Positions 40,282-49,172 of a stretch of DNA of 64,000 bases are shown piece after piece; position 1 is the stretch's first letter, and each line of letters starts with the position of its first letter. Both the position numbers and the translations under genes were made by a program. The notes under the pieces were generated by a model. It was given only the letters and a program-made list of their open reading frames with translations, ran no database searches and was not told the DNA's origin. Origin of the DNA: a virus (taxonomy: Duplodnaviria > Caudoviricetes); IMG/VR virus record IMGVR_UViG_3300028048_000038, positions 345,538 to 409,537 of that record. One strand, 5' to 3'.

Positions 40282-41082
40282 ATGGATAAAAATTTCGAAT
40301 TTGCAGCAGAAAATTGGGTTGAACAATATAATGCTGACATTATGGAAAAGGTGATGAATTTGTTGAATGAAAACGATTCTACACCAGAGGAGCTTGCAGA
40401 AACCATCAACGTGGATGTTGAAGAGATTTACGACATTCTTGATGGCAATGGTGAAAACATTGACATTAGAACCTTGGTGAAGGTGTTCCTAGTACTAGGA
40501 TTTGCCATTGAGATTAAGCCAATTGAGCAGACTCCGCTTGGCAGCTATGAGAATGTTAACCCACATGTGATGCGTGAGCCACAGCATGAAGAGGTGCATG
40601 CTACAAGACCTAATCCTTTCATGCGTCCACCTATGGGCATGCCAATGCCTCCACGTGGTTTTGACCCAAGAAACATTCCACCTCATGTTCGTGAGAGGGT
40701 TGAGCGTGATTTGGGCATCGGAGAGGAAAGAGAGCCACAGCCACGTCCATATCGTCCAATGTCAAGGCGTGAAGAGACACCAACTTCTCCTTTTGCATTA
40801 ATGGGACGTGATGAACTTGTTAAGATTATCACTAAGCATCTTTGGGATAGTGAAATTGACGTTGAGAATGCCCCAAAGACAGCACTTGTAAGATTCCTTG
40901 AGGAAAAGGATAAGAGGATGAAAGCAAGCAAACGAATGGAGAATGAGGAAAGGGAAATGAAAGAACTTGAGAATGACCCCAAGGTAGCTGACTTCATCAG
41001 CAAGATGAAAAGCACCTACAAGAAGAATCCTCAGTTCCGTTCATATGTGAAGAACTTCCTTGGTAATCTTGAAGATGAATAG
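40282..41082 (+). CDS. XRE-type HTH protein with a Pro-rich linker
   Basis: TPEELAETINVDVEEIYDILDG...NIDIRTLVKVFLVLG. Confidence 0.65.
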   Translation: MDKNFEFAAENWVEQYNADIMEKVMNLLNENDSTPEELAETINVDVEEIYDILDGNGENIDIRTLVKVFLVLGFAIEIKPIEQTPLGSYENVNPHVMREPQHEEVHATRPNPFMRPPMGMPMPPRGFDPRNIPPHVRERVERDLGIGEEREPQPRPYRPMSRREETPTSPFALMGRDELVKIITKHLWDSEIDVENAPKTALVRFLEEKDKRMKASKRMENEEREMKELENDPKVADFISKMKSTYKKNPQFRSYVKNFLGNLEDE

Positions 41083-41193
41083 AAGAAAAGGGCTACAAAG
41101 AAAAGTGAGGTAGAATAAGGTTTCTACCTCATTTTTTTGTCCATATATTTGCTTTTTTAACATTTTTTGTATATCTTTGCAAAAAGATGTTAA

Positions 41194-42981
41194 ATGGGAA
41201 GAAAAAAGAAAGAAGTAGAAAAAAAAGAATATCCTTGGAGTGATTTTCAAAAGGACATTTTCTCATGGGTTGAGCATGACCAAGGTCATCTTGTAGTTGA
41301 AGCCGTTGCTGGCAGTGGAAAGACCACAACCCTTGTCAAATGTCTTGATTTCATTGATGAAAAGAGCAAGGTGTTGATGAGCGCATTTAATACGGATATT
41401 GTAAACGAGCTGAAGAAGAAAACGAAAGATAGGGAAAATGTTGAAGTAAGGACTCTTCATAGTCTTGGTTTATTATTTATAAAGAGGAATATACCACAAG
41501 TGAGTGCAATTCCAGAACCATTCAAATATGATTCATATATTAAGAATAATATCAGAGAATTATCCTCGATAAATACTTTTACATTAAGGGGAAGGGAATT
41601 CTACAGATATAGTGATAACATCAAAAAGTATGTTGACTTCGGCAGATTTTATCTATGCCAAACTGTCAAGGATTTGGATTTTATAGAGGATAGATATGGG
41701 ATTGATACGATTGCAGATGAGAAGGAGGTTGCCTTGCAAGTCATGGAATGGGGTAAAAATGCCCTAGAAACGATTGATTACGTTGATATGGTATGGTTGC
41801 CCAACGTTCTATTTTTAAAGCCTCTAGGACTCTTATTTGACTTCATATTCATAGATGAGTGTCAAGACATGAATAAGGCAGAGAGAGAGCTTGTATTGAA
41901 GTGCTTTAAGATGGGTACAAGAATGATGAGTGTTGGGGATTCGAGCCAAATGCTCTATGAATTTAGTGGGGCAGACCCAGAATCATTTAATACGCTTAAG
42001 TCCTTACCAAATACAAAATGCCTCCCACTTAGTATATCATATAGATGTGGAAAGAATATCGTTGATTTCGCAAAGAAGATAGTACCAACGATTGAAGCCA
42101 ATGAAAACGCAATAGATGGACAAATTATAAGAAACGTTTCATTGGATGCCGTAAAGGATGGTGACATGATTCTATGTAGGAATAATGCGCCATTGGTACA
42201 GATTTATAATGAGTTCTTAAAACTTGGTAAGAAATCATTTATAAGGGGCAAAGATATTGGCAATAATCTCAAATCGATTGTCAATAGCACCAAACAAGAT
42301 GTATTAAATGCTGATTGCAAGGAGGATGGTGTATTTGTAAGACTTTATGATGATTTATTCGTCTCTAGGAATAAATTGATGGAGAAGTTTGACATTGATG
42401 CTGATACAGCGTTAAATTCGCCTCAGATACAGAATAAGCTTGACATGATTAATGCCCTTGAGATACTTGCTGAAGGTATCAATAAGTCTGAGGAAATAAT
42501 TGAAAAAATTGATGAGATTTTCCCAAAGAGAGATAAAAAGGATGGAATTTCCCTTTCAACCATTCATAAGGCAAAAGGTTTGGAAGCCAATAATGTATTT
42601 ATAGCTTGTGAATCATTAATGCCAAGTAAATCAGCAAAGAAAGATTGGGAAATTAGACAAGAGTATAATCTTATGTATGTGGCTTATACAAGAGCAAAGA
42701 ATACATTGGGATTCATCAATGAAAAGGATTTTGAGAAGTTCGATACATCAAACAGTAATAGTATTGCAGTATTAAGGCGTATTGAACAACAAGTAAACAG
42801 AGTGTTGGGCAAAACAACAAAGGTGATTATCAATGAAGAGACAGCAAAGTCGATAGTTTCCAATGCCAAGAAAATAGATAAGAAGATATTTACAAGCTCA
42901 ACCATAGACTTTAAGGCAACAACTAACAATAAGAGAAAGGTTAATGCTTTCTCAAATTTACTAAAAAATAAGAAAAAATGA
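41194..42981 (+). CDS. UvrD/Rep-like SF1 helicase
   Basis: AVAGSGKTT, TLHSLG, IDECQD, VGD..Q.LY.F.GAD, SYRC, STIHKAKGLE, YVAYTRAK. Confidence 0.92.
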   Translation: MGRKKKEVEKKEYPWSDFQKDIFSWVEHDQGHLVVEAVAGSGKTTTLVKCLDFIDEKSKVLMSAFNTDIVNELKKKTKDRENVEVRTLHSLGLLFIKRNIPQVSAIPEPFKYDSYIKNNIRELSSINTFTLRGREFYRYSDNIKKYVDFGRFYLCQTVKDLDFIEDRYGIDTIADEKEVALQVMEWGKNALETIDYVDMVWLPNVLFLKPLGLLFDFIFIDECQDMNKAERELVLKCFKMGTRMMSVGDSSQMLYEFSGADPESFNTLKSLPNTKCLPLSISYRCGKNIVDFAKKIVPTIEANENAIDGQIIRNVSLDAVKDGDMILCRNNAPLVQIYNEFLKLGKKSFIRGKDIGNNLKSIVNSTKQDVLNADCKEDGVFVRLYDDLFVSRNKLMEKFDIDADTALNSPQIQNKLDMINALEILAEGINKSEEIIEKIDEIFPKRDKKDGISLSTIHKAKGLEANNVFIACESLMPSKSAKKDWEIRQEYNLMYVAYTRAKNTLGFINEKDFEKFDTSNSNSIAVLRRIEQQVNRVLGKTTKVIINEETAKSIVSNAKKIDKKIFTSSTIDFKATTNNKRKVNAFSNLLKNKKK

Positions 42982-43280
42982 ACGAAAACAAAGTAGCAAG
43001 TGTAATAAAATTTTCAGCTTCATGGTGTGTGCCATGCCGTGTTTATGCTGACACATTCAAGAGAGTGTCTGAAATGGATGAATTCAAGGGAATCGAATTC
43101 AAGAGCATTGATATTGAGAATGACGAAGATGGTGAACTTATGGTGGAGAAATACCAAGTCAGGTCAGTCCCAACCACCATTCTTGCAGATGAAAATGGCG
43201 ATGTCATATATAAGCTCATGGGTAATGTGTCATTGAAGGATTTGATTGACTTTATTAATAAGACCTTAGAAGATAGATAA
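42978..43280 (+). CDS. Thioredoxin
   Basis: FSASWCVPC...VRSVPT. Confidence 0.9.
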   Translation: MNENKVASVIKFSASWCVPCRVYADTFKRVSEMDEFKGIEFKSIDIENDEDGELMVEKYQVRSVPTTILADENGDVIYKLMGNVSLKDLIDFINKTLEDR

Positions 43281-43283
43281 TAT

Positions 43284-44144
43284 ATGGTAATTGCATTCTG
43301 CGGTAGGATGAGGAGTGGCAAGACTGAGTTAGCCAAGATATGTGAAAAATATGGTTATGAAAGAATATATTTCGCATTGCCACTAAAACAGTTATGTGCT
43401 GACATATTAAATGTTTCCATTGATGGGCTTAATGATGCCAAGAACAAGAATATAGACATAGGATTATTATTGGATGATGATATTTGTTCAATACTTTCTG
43501 AAGAGACACAAATACCGATAGAACAAGTAAAAGAAACATGTCATGGGAAGACCATGCACAATGTAAGAGAAATGCTTCAGTTTATTGGTACTGACTTGAT
43601 AAGGAAGTATAATACAGATTGGCACGTAAATCGAATACGTGAAATGATTGATAAGGAAAAGAATTATGTTATCGATGATGTAAGATTTCCAAATGAAAAG
43701 GCTTTGGTAGAGGAACTTGGTGGCGATTGTTGGTTTATCACACGCACAACCCTCGATAATGTCTCAAATCATGAATCTGAGACATCTATAACATGGAATG
43801 ATTGCTGGAATAAAATTATTGTAAATGACTCTACATTACCTATTTTACAGTTTAAGTGGGAAACTTTCATGGATAATTACGGAGTGTCTTGCGCCATTAG
43901 GGATAAAGAATTTGATAGAATATTGGAAGATGGTTCTGAGAATGTAATAACACCATTATCCATTCATGATATGATGATGCTATCAAAATCCTTATTCACA
44001 TATGCTAAAAAAGATATAGATAAAGACAAAGTTAGCAAGATATCAATGAATGAGGATAAAACAGTATTCATCACATATACAGATGATACCATAGAAGTAC
44101 TCGATAACGCTTTACAGATAGAGGACATAAAAGTATTGATTTAA
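43284..44144 (+). CDS. Deoxynucleoside monophosphate kinase (T4 gp1-like)
   Basis: GRMRSGKT, FALPLK, REMLQFIGTD..R, IDDVRFPNE, HESE. Confidence 0.85.
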   Translation: MVIAFCGRMRSGKTELAKICEKYGYERIYFALPLKQLCADILNVSIDGLNDAKNKNIDIGLLLDDDICSILSEETQIPIEQVKETCHGKTMHNVREMLQFIGTDLIRKYNTDWHVNRIREMIDKEKNYVIDDVRFPNEKALVEELGGDCWFITRTTLDNVSNHESETSITWNDCWNKIIVNDSTLPILQFKWETFMDNYGVSCAIRDKEFDRILEDGSENVITPLSIHDMMMLSKSLFTYAKKDIDKDKVSKISMNEDKTVFITYTDDTIEVLDNALQIEDIKVLI

Positions 44145-44212
44145 CTTTTTTTAAAGAGTTTAATTTGGTAAATACGATTATTTTCAATATCTTTGCCAAA
44201 ATATAAAATTAT

Positions 44213-44841
44213 ATGAATAATAAAGTAGATTTTAAATATGAAGATGGGTCGGAGGTATTTTTTACCTCCGACACGTAGTTACGCACTTTGGGCATTCAAA
44301 CATCCTTAAGTTTTGTGACCGTCCCTTCAAGGACGTTGAGGAAATGGACTACAAACTTATCGATAATTGGAACAAAAAAGTTCCACCATCTGGACTTGTA
44401 TTCCACCTCGGTGACTTTGCTTGGGGTGGAGGTTATGAAGGATGGAAAAAGATTAGGGAACAGCTAAACGGAGATATCATACTGATTGAAGGGAATCATG
44501 ACCGTAAAAATCTTACAACAACAGCTCGTGAAGAGTTGTTTAAGTATGTTACATGGCAGATGCTGATTGAAATTGAAGGAAGAAAGGTTTTGCTTAACCA
44601 CTTCCCATTCCTTTGTTATGCTGGTGTATATCGTGAACCAAAGAAACTAGTGTATTCCCTTTACGGGCACGTACACAGTGGACCAGATAAGAAAGGACAA
44701 GACATACCAAGGCTTGTACATTGTTTCCCAACACAATATGATGTTGGTGTGGATAATAACAACTACGAACCAATATCATGGTACGAGGTAAACGAGAAAA
44801 TACAAAAACAACTATTGAAGAGCAAGTATAATGTCAAGTAG
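44213..44841 (+). CDS. Calcineurin-like metallophosphoesterase whose frame is broken by an 8-nt gap (44276-44283) inside the DxH motif; 206 aa if the gap is skipped
   Basis: Frame 1 reads MNNKVDFKYEDGSEVFFTSDT-TAG; frame 2 reads T-HFGHSNILKFCDRPF...HLGDF...GNHD...HFP...GHVH...DVGVD. Confidence 0.85.
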
Positions 44842-45187
44842 AAAACAAATATATATTGATACCATTACACGTGAGTTTATTAAATTTGCTAAGATAATTG
44901 GAATATTCCAAAGTATATGTTTTCATTTCAGAAATTATACTAGGTTTGAACTTCCTAATGAAAGAGCAATAACGTATTTTAGGAAGCACTCATTCTATGA
45001 GTATGCAAGACGAGAAGGACGGTACTACCTAACGCTGAATGATAACTTGATTAAGTATGTGTATTTATTTTCAAATAAATGGTTTTATAAAGGTGATAAG
45101 TTTGAAAATGCCAATGAACTTGTTGACTTATTTCTATCTCACTTGAAAGATAAGGGATACTTAAGATACATAAAAATAATACATTAA
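44831..45187 (+). CDS. Hypothetical protein (paralogue of the next gene)
   Basis: EFIKFAKIIG...LFLSHLKDK. Confidence 0.55.
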   Translation: MSSRKQIYIDTITREFIKFAKIIGIFQSICFHFRNYTRFELPNERAITYFRKHSFYEYARREGRYYLTLNDNLIKYVYLFSNKWFYKGDKFENANELVDLFLSHLKDKGYLRYIKIIH

Positions 45188-45223
45188 TAACAATAATTTA
45201 GAACCCCCTAGCATTATGAAAAC

Positions 45224-45622
45224 ATGAGGTGGATAAATAAACCTAGAAAGAAGACTAGAAGGGAGATTGTGCTAGAGTACATTAAGTTTATAAAGATTAT
45301 GGGTTACTACGATTCGTTAACTCATTTCATGTATTCTCTTGCAAGAAGAAAATGTGTGATAGTTTATTCGGACAATGGCTTCAAGAAAAAATATAGCCTA
45401 TCGGATGTCATTTCTCATAATCAAGTTATGATTAACTACTTTGAATATATTCTTTCAACGTGTGGCAGTAGTATCAGACGATGGGTGATTAAAGAACATT
45501 TCATTTGCAGACCATTACAATCAAAGCTGCATGGCTATATGGAAGTGGAAGCCTTAACAAACCTTCTAATGTCTTATTTCAAGGATAAACATATTGACAA
45601 TTGCATAATTGTTGACAATTGA
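45224..45622 (+). CDS. Hypothetical protein (paralogue of the previous gene)
   Basis: EYIKFIKIMG...LLMSYFKDK. Confidence 0.55.
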   Translation: MRWINKPRKKTRREIVLEYIKFIKIMGYYDSLTHFMYSLARRKCVIVYSDNGFKKKYSLSDVISHNQVMINYFEYILSTCGSSIRRWVIKEHFICRPLQSKLHGYMEVEALTNLLMSYFKDKHIDNCIIVDN

Positions 45623-45650
45623 AATATTTATTTTCGGAGGATATATTGAT

Positions 45651-46778
45651 ATGATATTGTGTATTGGAGATTTACATGGTAGAACGTTTTGGAAAAAGGC
45701 TGTCGAAGATAACATAGATAAGGTTGATAAAATCATCTTTATCGGTGATTACTTAGACCCATATCCATTTGAGGGTATCACTAGAAAAGACGCAATAAGG
45801 AACTTCCAAGAGGTGATTGAGTTTAAACGAGGTAGTCCAGAAAAGGTGACACTTTTATTGGGTAATCATAAATTTATTTCATTTAAACTTTAAATTCTCA
45901 CTATGGCGAAAGAAAGTTCAAAAAGTTTAATGAAATACTTTGTGCTCTTGATGAGAAATCATCAAGCGAAAACTAGGCTAATTGCTGGAAACCCCTTAGA
46001 GCCTTAACTACTCTCTTATGGTAGTAATACGCATAAGAAACCTATGGTAATGCGTAGGGTATAGTGAAAATGTTAAGGATTGGGAAATCTACTAAAAGCA
46101 GCGAAGCATCCCACGTGGATGTGTGCTCATCGACTATCGCTGAAATGCGAGTACACTCAAGTGAGTGGAAATGCCTAGCCCCTAACGTGTAATGACGAGG
46201 GTGTTGATATAGTCAATTCTCATAGGAAACCTATGAGCAGTCTTATAAAGACGAACTGAATGTAACGAATTCAGTTGAATACAAAGGATTTGCCTTATAT
46301 CGATAAACGTAACTTTGATTCAAGGTCGAGATATGATTCTAGTAATGCATATCACATTGAGGAAATGTTTCGTTCACATCGTTCACTCTTTCAATTAGCA
46401 CATGAAGAACTTATAAGTGATAAGAGATATCTTTTCACACATGCTGGATTACAGAAAGGTTGGTACGATAACAATAAGAAAATAATTGGTGAACTAACAG
46501 TTGAAAATTTAAATAAACTATTGGATGTACCATACGGGATAAGGTCTTTATGTGAAGCTTCTTGGTTAAGAGGTGGAACAGACCAATACGGCAGCATTGT
46601 ATGGAATGATTTGAGAGACATGCATTCTAGGGTAAATCAAGACATACCTTGGGATTATCAAATATTTGGTCATACGATGCTAGATGATGAGCATCCATTG
46701 ATAACCAAGCAATTCGCTTGTATAGATTGTCAGAAGGCGATAATAATAAACGATGATGGAGGATTTGTTGAATGCTAG
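45651..46778 (+). CDS. Metallophosphoesterase split by a group I intron (exons 45651-45869 and 46287-46778; 236 aa spliced)
   Basis: IGDLHG...IGDYLD...LLGNH | DLPY...FTHAG...QIFGHT; splicing restores GNHD in frame. Confidence 0.88.
45870..46286 (+). mobile_element. ORF-less group I intron, 417 nt, IA-like
   Basis: Exon ends in U and intron ends in G; P1 CATAAA/TTTGTG with a U.G pair; P element AATTGCTGGAAA (45980); P3 CTAGGC/GCCTAG; P7 GACTAT (46132)/ATAGTC (46209); two extra hairpins after P7; P9 CTCATAG-GAAA-CCTATGAG. Confidence 0.9.
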
Positions 46779-46918
46779 GAATTGGCCCAAAGGAATTGCC
46801 AGAGGAACAAGGGAGATATGCGTATGAACTTCTTAAGAAACTTAAGGAAGTGAAGGTACTTGATGATGATGAGGAAAACTTTTATAACTTTTTAAAAAAG
46901 AAATATGAAAAAGAGTAA
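46772..46918 (+). CDS. Small hypothetical protein (48 aa, not in ORF track)
   Basis: MLGIGPKELPEEQGRYAYELLKKLKEV...; overlaps both neighbours. Confidence 0.45.
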   Translation: MLGIGPKELPEEQGRYAYELLKKLKEVKVLDDDEENFYNFLKKKYEKE

Positions 46919-47117
46919 ACCTACAAAGAGCACGGAACAGTATAAGATACTGAGAATGATTAGCCGTGATGAACAAATAGAACGTAATGGAGGCGGTCAA
47001 TTTGTTTCAATGAATCGTGTCTATAAGGACAAAAGTAAGTACAACCGTAATGATAATAAGAAAGAGTTTAGGAACGACCTAAACTCTATTTTTTTGCTTT
47101 TAAATTTGGAATTTTAA
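46905..47117 (+). CDS. Small basic protein, candidate ArfA/BrfA-like ribosome rescue factor
   Basis: RVYKDKSKYNR basic motif, hydrophobic tail, terminator inside the ORF. Confidence 0.45.
   Translation: MKKSKPTKSTEQYKILRMISRDEQIERNGGGQFVSMNRVYKDKSKYNRNDNKKEFRNDLNSIFLLLNLEF
47063..47095 (+). terminator. Intrinsic terminator located before the stop codon of ORF 46905-47117
   Basis: AGAGTTTAGG-AACGA-CCTAAACTCT-A-T7. Confidence 0.8.
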
Positions 47118-47159
47118 CATTTTTTACATATCTTTGCAAAAAATAACAAAACAAAGATA

Positions 47160-47870
47160 ATGGGAAAAATTGTATTAGAGAGCAATATCGTAAATGACAG
47201 TTATACACAATTCTTGTATGACTCATACGATATCCAAAACAGAGAGAAAACCGTAACTGAAGTTCCAATTCCATCAAAAGAAGACATGGAGGCAATGAAT
47301 AAGGATGATTGGAATATCCTTCTAATCTGTGGAAAGAGTGGTAGTGGAAAGTCAACAATCTTGAGAGAGGTATATGGTGATGTAAAACCGATTGAATATG
47401 ACTATGACAAATGTGTAATCAGTCAGTTTCCAAGGCTAAGTGAAGAAGAGGCTTGCGACCTACTATCAAGCATGGGTCTCAGTTCAGTCCCCACGTGGCT
47501 CAGAAAGCCTCAACAACTCTCCAATGGAGAAAGGGCAAGGCTAGATATCGCAAAGGCTATATATGACGCAAATGGAGGCGTTGTACTACTCGATGAGTAT
47601 ACATCTGTGGTCAATAGGTCAGCAGCAAAATCAATGAGTCATGCCTTGCAGAGATATGTAAGACAAAAAGGATTGAAGGTTATTATAGCTAGTTGTCACT
47701 TTGATATTATTGAATGGGCACAGCCTGATTATATATTCAATCTTGAGCATAGAGACGAGAATGGTGAAGTTGAAATGGAGAAGATGGTTTATGAGGAAGG
47801 AAAAGACTATAACGCATACCAATCCCCAAGAGATATAGATGTATTAACTGAAGCTGTAGATGTACCATGA
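47160..47870 (+). CDS. ABC-type ATPase (ATPase half of the COG2401-like ATPase-acetyltransferase)
   Basis: GKSGSGKST, MGLSSVPTWLR, LSNGERAR, LDEYTSVVNR, ASCHFDI.EW.QPD. Confidence 0.85.
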   Translation: MGKIVLESNIVNDSYTQFLYDSYDIQNREKTVTEVPIPSKEDMEAMNKDDWNILLICGKSGSGKSTILREVYGDVKPIEYDYDKCVISQFPRLSEEEACDLLSSMGLSSVPTWLRKPQQLSNGERARLDIAKAIYDANGGVVLLDEYTSVVNRSAAKSMSHALQRYVRQKGLKVIIASCHFDIIEWAQPDYIFNLEHRDENGEVEMEKMVYEEGKDYNAYQSPRDIDVLTEAVDVP

Positions 47871-48112
47871 GATTAGAAACATTACCAAATATACAAGATA
47901 TTGAGGAAATGGTTAAGAAGAGTAGGGAAAATGAAGCACTACACCCTAGACCATTGATAATCGATTATTTTGAGCGTTTATACGAGTACAATGGTGATGA
48001 AAGATACCTACAAATGATTGATACAATCAACCAAGCGTTAGACATTGCCTATGGACGAATCGTTGATGTAACAGCCGTACCAAGAGATACCTTGAATTAT
48101 GAAAGACAATAA
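47867..48112 (+). CDS. Hypothetical protein
   Basis: 81-aa ORF with ATGA overlap. Confidence 0.5.
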   Translation: MRLETLPNIQDIEEMVKKSRENEALHPRPLIIDYFERLYEYNGDERYLQMIDTINQALDIAYGRIVDVTAVPRDTLNYERQ

Positions 48113-48521
48113 CGAACCAAAAGAGCCTTATGAATTATTCGGAATAGAATGTGGCGAGGGTTGGAAAAAACTATACCAGCCAATCGTTGATTATATAGAG
48201 GAATATAATAAGGACAAAGAGGAAGATGATAAGATTGAAATCTACCAAATTAAAGAGAAATTTGGTACGTTATCTTGTTATGTCAGCAAGAAGACCGATG
48301 AACTTAGGAAAATGATTGAAGATGCTGAAACACAATCTTATCACACTTGTGAAGTATGTGGAAAACACATCAATAAACAGATAGTAGAACATCACTGGAT
48401 ATATCCCATGTGTAGAGAATGTTATGATGGGATGAAAGAAAGGCAAGAAAAAGCAATGGAAGAAATTGCAAGGAAAATAAAAGATAAAAGAAATATGAAG
48501 AGTGAAAATAGTAAAGATTAA
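48099..48521 (+). CDS. Phage protein with QIKEKFG motif and Zn ribbon
   Basis: ECGEGW, QIKEKFG.L, TCEVCG...CREC. Confidence 0.65.
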   Translation: MKDNNEPKEPYELFGIECGEGWKKLYQPIVDYIEEYNKDKEEDDKIEIYQIKEKFGTLSCYVSKKTDELRKMIEDAETQSYHTCEVCGKHINKQIVEHHWIYPMCRECYDGMKERQEKAMEEIARKIKDKRNMKSENSKD

Positions 48522-49092
48522 TCATCCAAAAGGAAAAAGACCACCAATACAACTAACTGTAAGACGTTGCGAATCTTCTGTTTTTTGGTCATGTGGATTT
48601 GCAAAAGAACACTATCTAGTTGCTGATATGAATAGGTCTTGCAAATGTTTGTTGTTTGAATGGAATGGAGTTCCAGTGGCATTTGTTGGAATTCTCAATA
48701 GTCCAAGGAAAGGATTGCCGTATAGCTGTTCAATATCAAGGATTGTCGTTCATTCGGATTTTCAAGGTCTCGGCTTAAGTACAACCATTTTTAATTTCGT
48801 TGGTGGCATAGTCAAATCGCTTTCAGATGAAGAGCATGACTACAGATTGTATATCAAGACAGCACATAAGAAATTCGGTGACGCATTAAGTAGAAACCCA
48901 TATGTAAGGGGAACATCATTTGATGGAAAGGGAAGAGATAAGAAATCAACCCAACATGATATTCATAAGTACAAAAACAGACTTGAGAGAGTTAGTTTCT
49001 GCAAAGAGTATATAGGACCTAAAGTTGAAGGCTTCCAATATATGTTGAAACCAATAGGTGAGTTAAGAAAACTTAAAAATGTTAAAAATTGA
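48502..49092 (+). CDS. GNAT/Mom-like acetyltransferase (partner of the ABC ATPase)
   Basis: F..EHYL, PVAF, ISRIVV.SDFQGLGL, KTAH. Confidence 0.75.
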   Translation: MKIVKINHPKGKRPPIQLTVRRCESSVFWSCGFAKEHYLVADMNRSCKCLLFEWNGVPVAFVGILNSPRKGLPYSCSISRIVVHSDFQGLGLSTTIFNFVGGIVKSLSDEEHDYRLYIKTAHKKFGDALSRNPYVRGTSFDGKGRDKKSTQHDIHKYKNRLERVSFCKEYIGPKVEGFQYMLKPIGELRKLKNVKN

Positions 49093-49172
49093 GTTGACAT
49101 TTGTTTGAGTCAATTTTTTTGTATATCTTTGCATCGTTAAACATATATTAACTTTAAAACTTAACAATATAA

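Noticed and set aside
44257-44266. Simple -1 frameshift on the T-run as the explanation for the broken phosphoesterase
   Set aside because: It would give FYLRHVVTHFGH and lose the catalytic Asp of DxH; only the 8-nt skip restores SDTH.
45201-45211. CCCCCTAG as an inverted partner of CTAGGGGG (63875) for recombinase-mediated inversion
   Set aside because: Only an 8-nt match 18 kb away in an unrelated context; compatible with chance.
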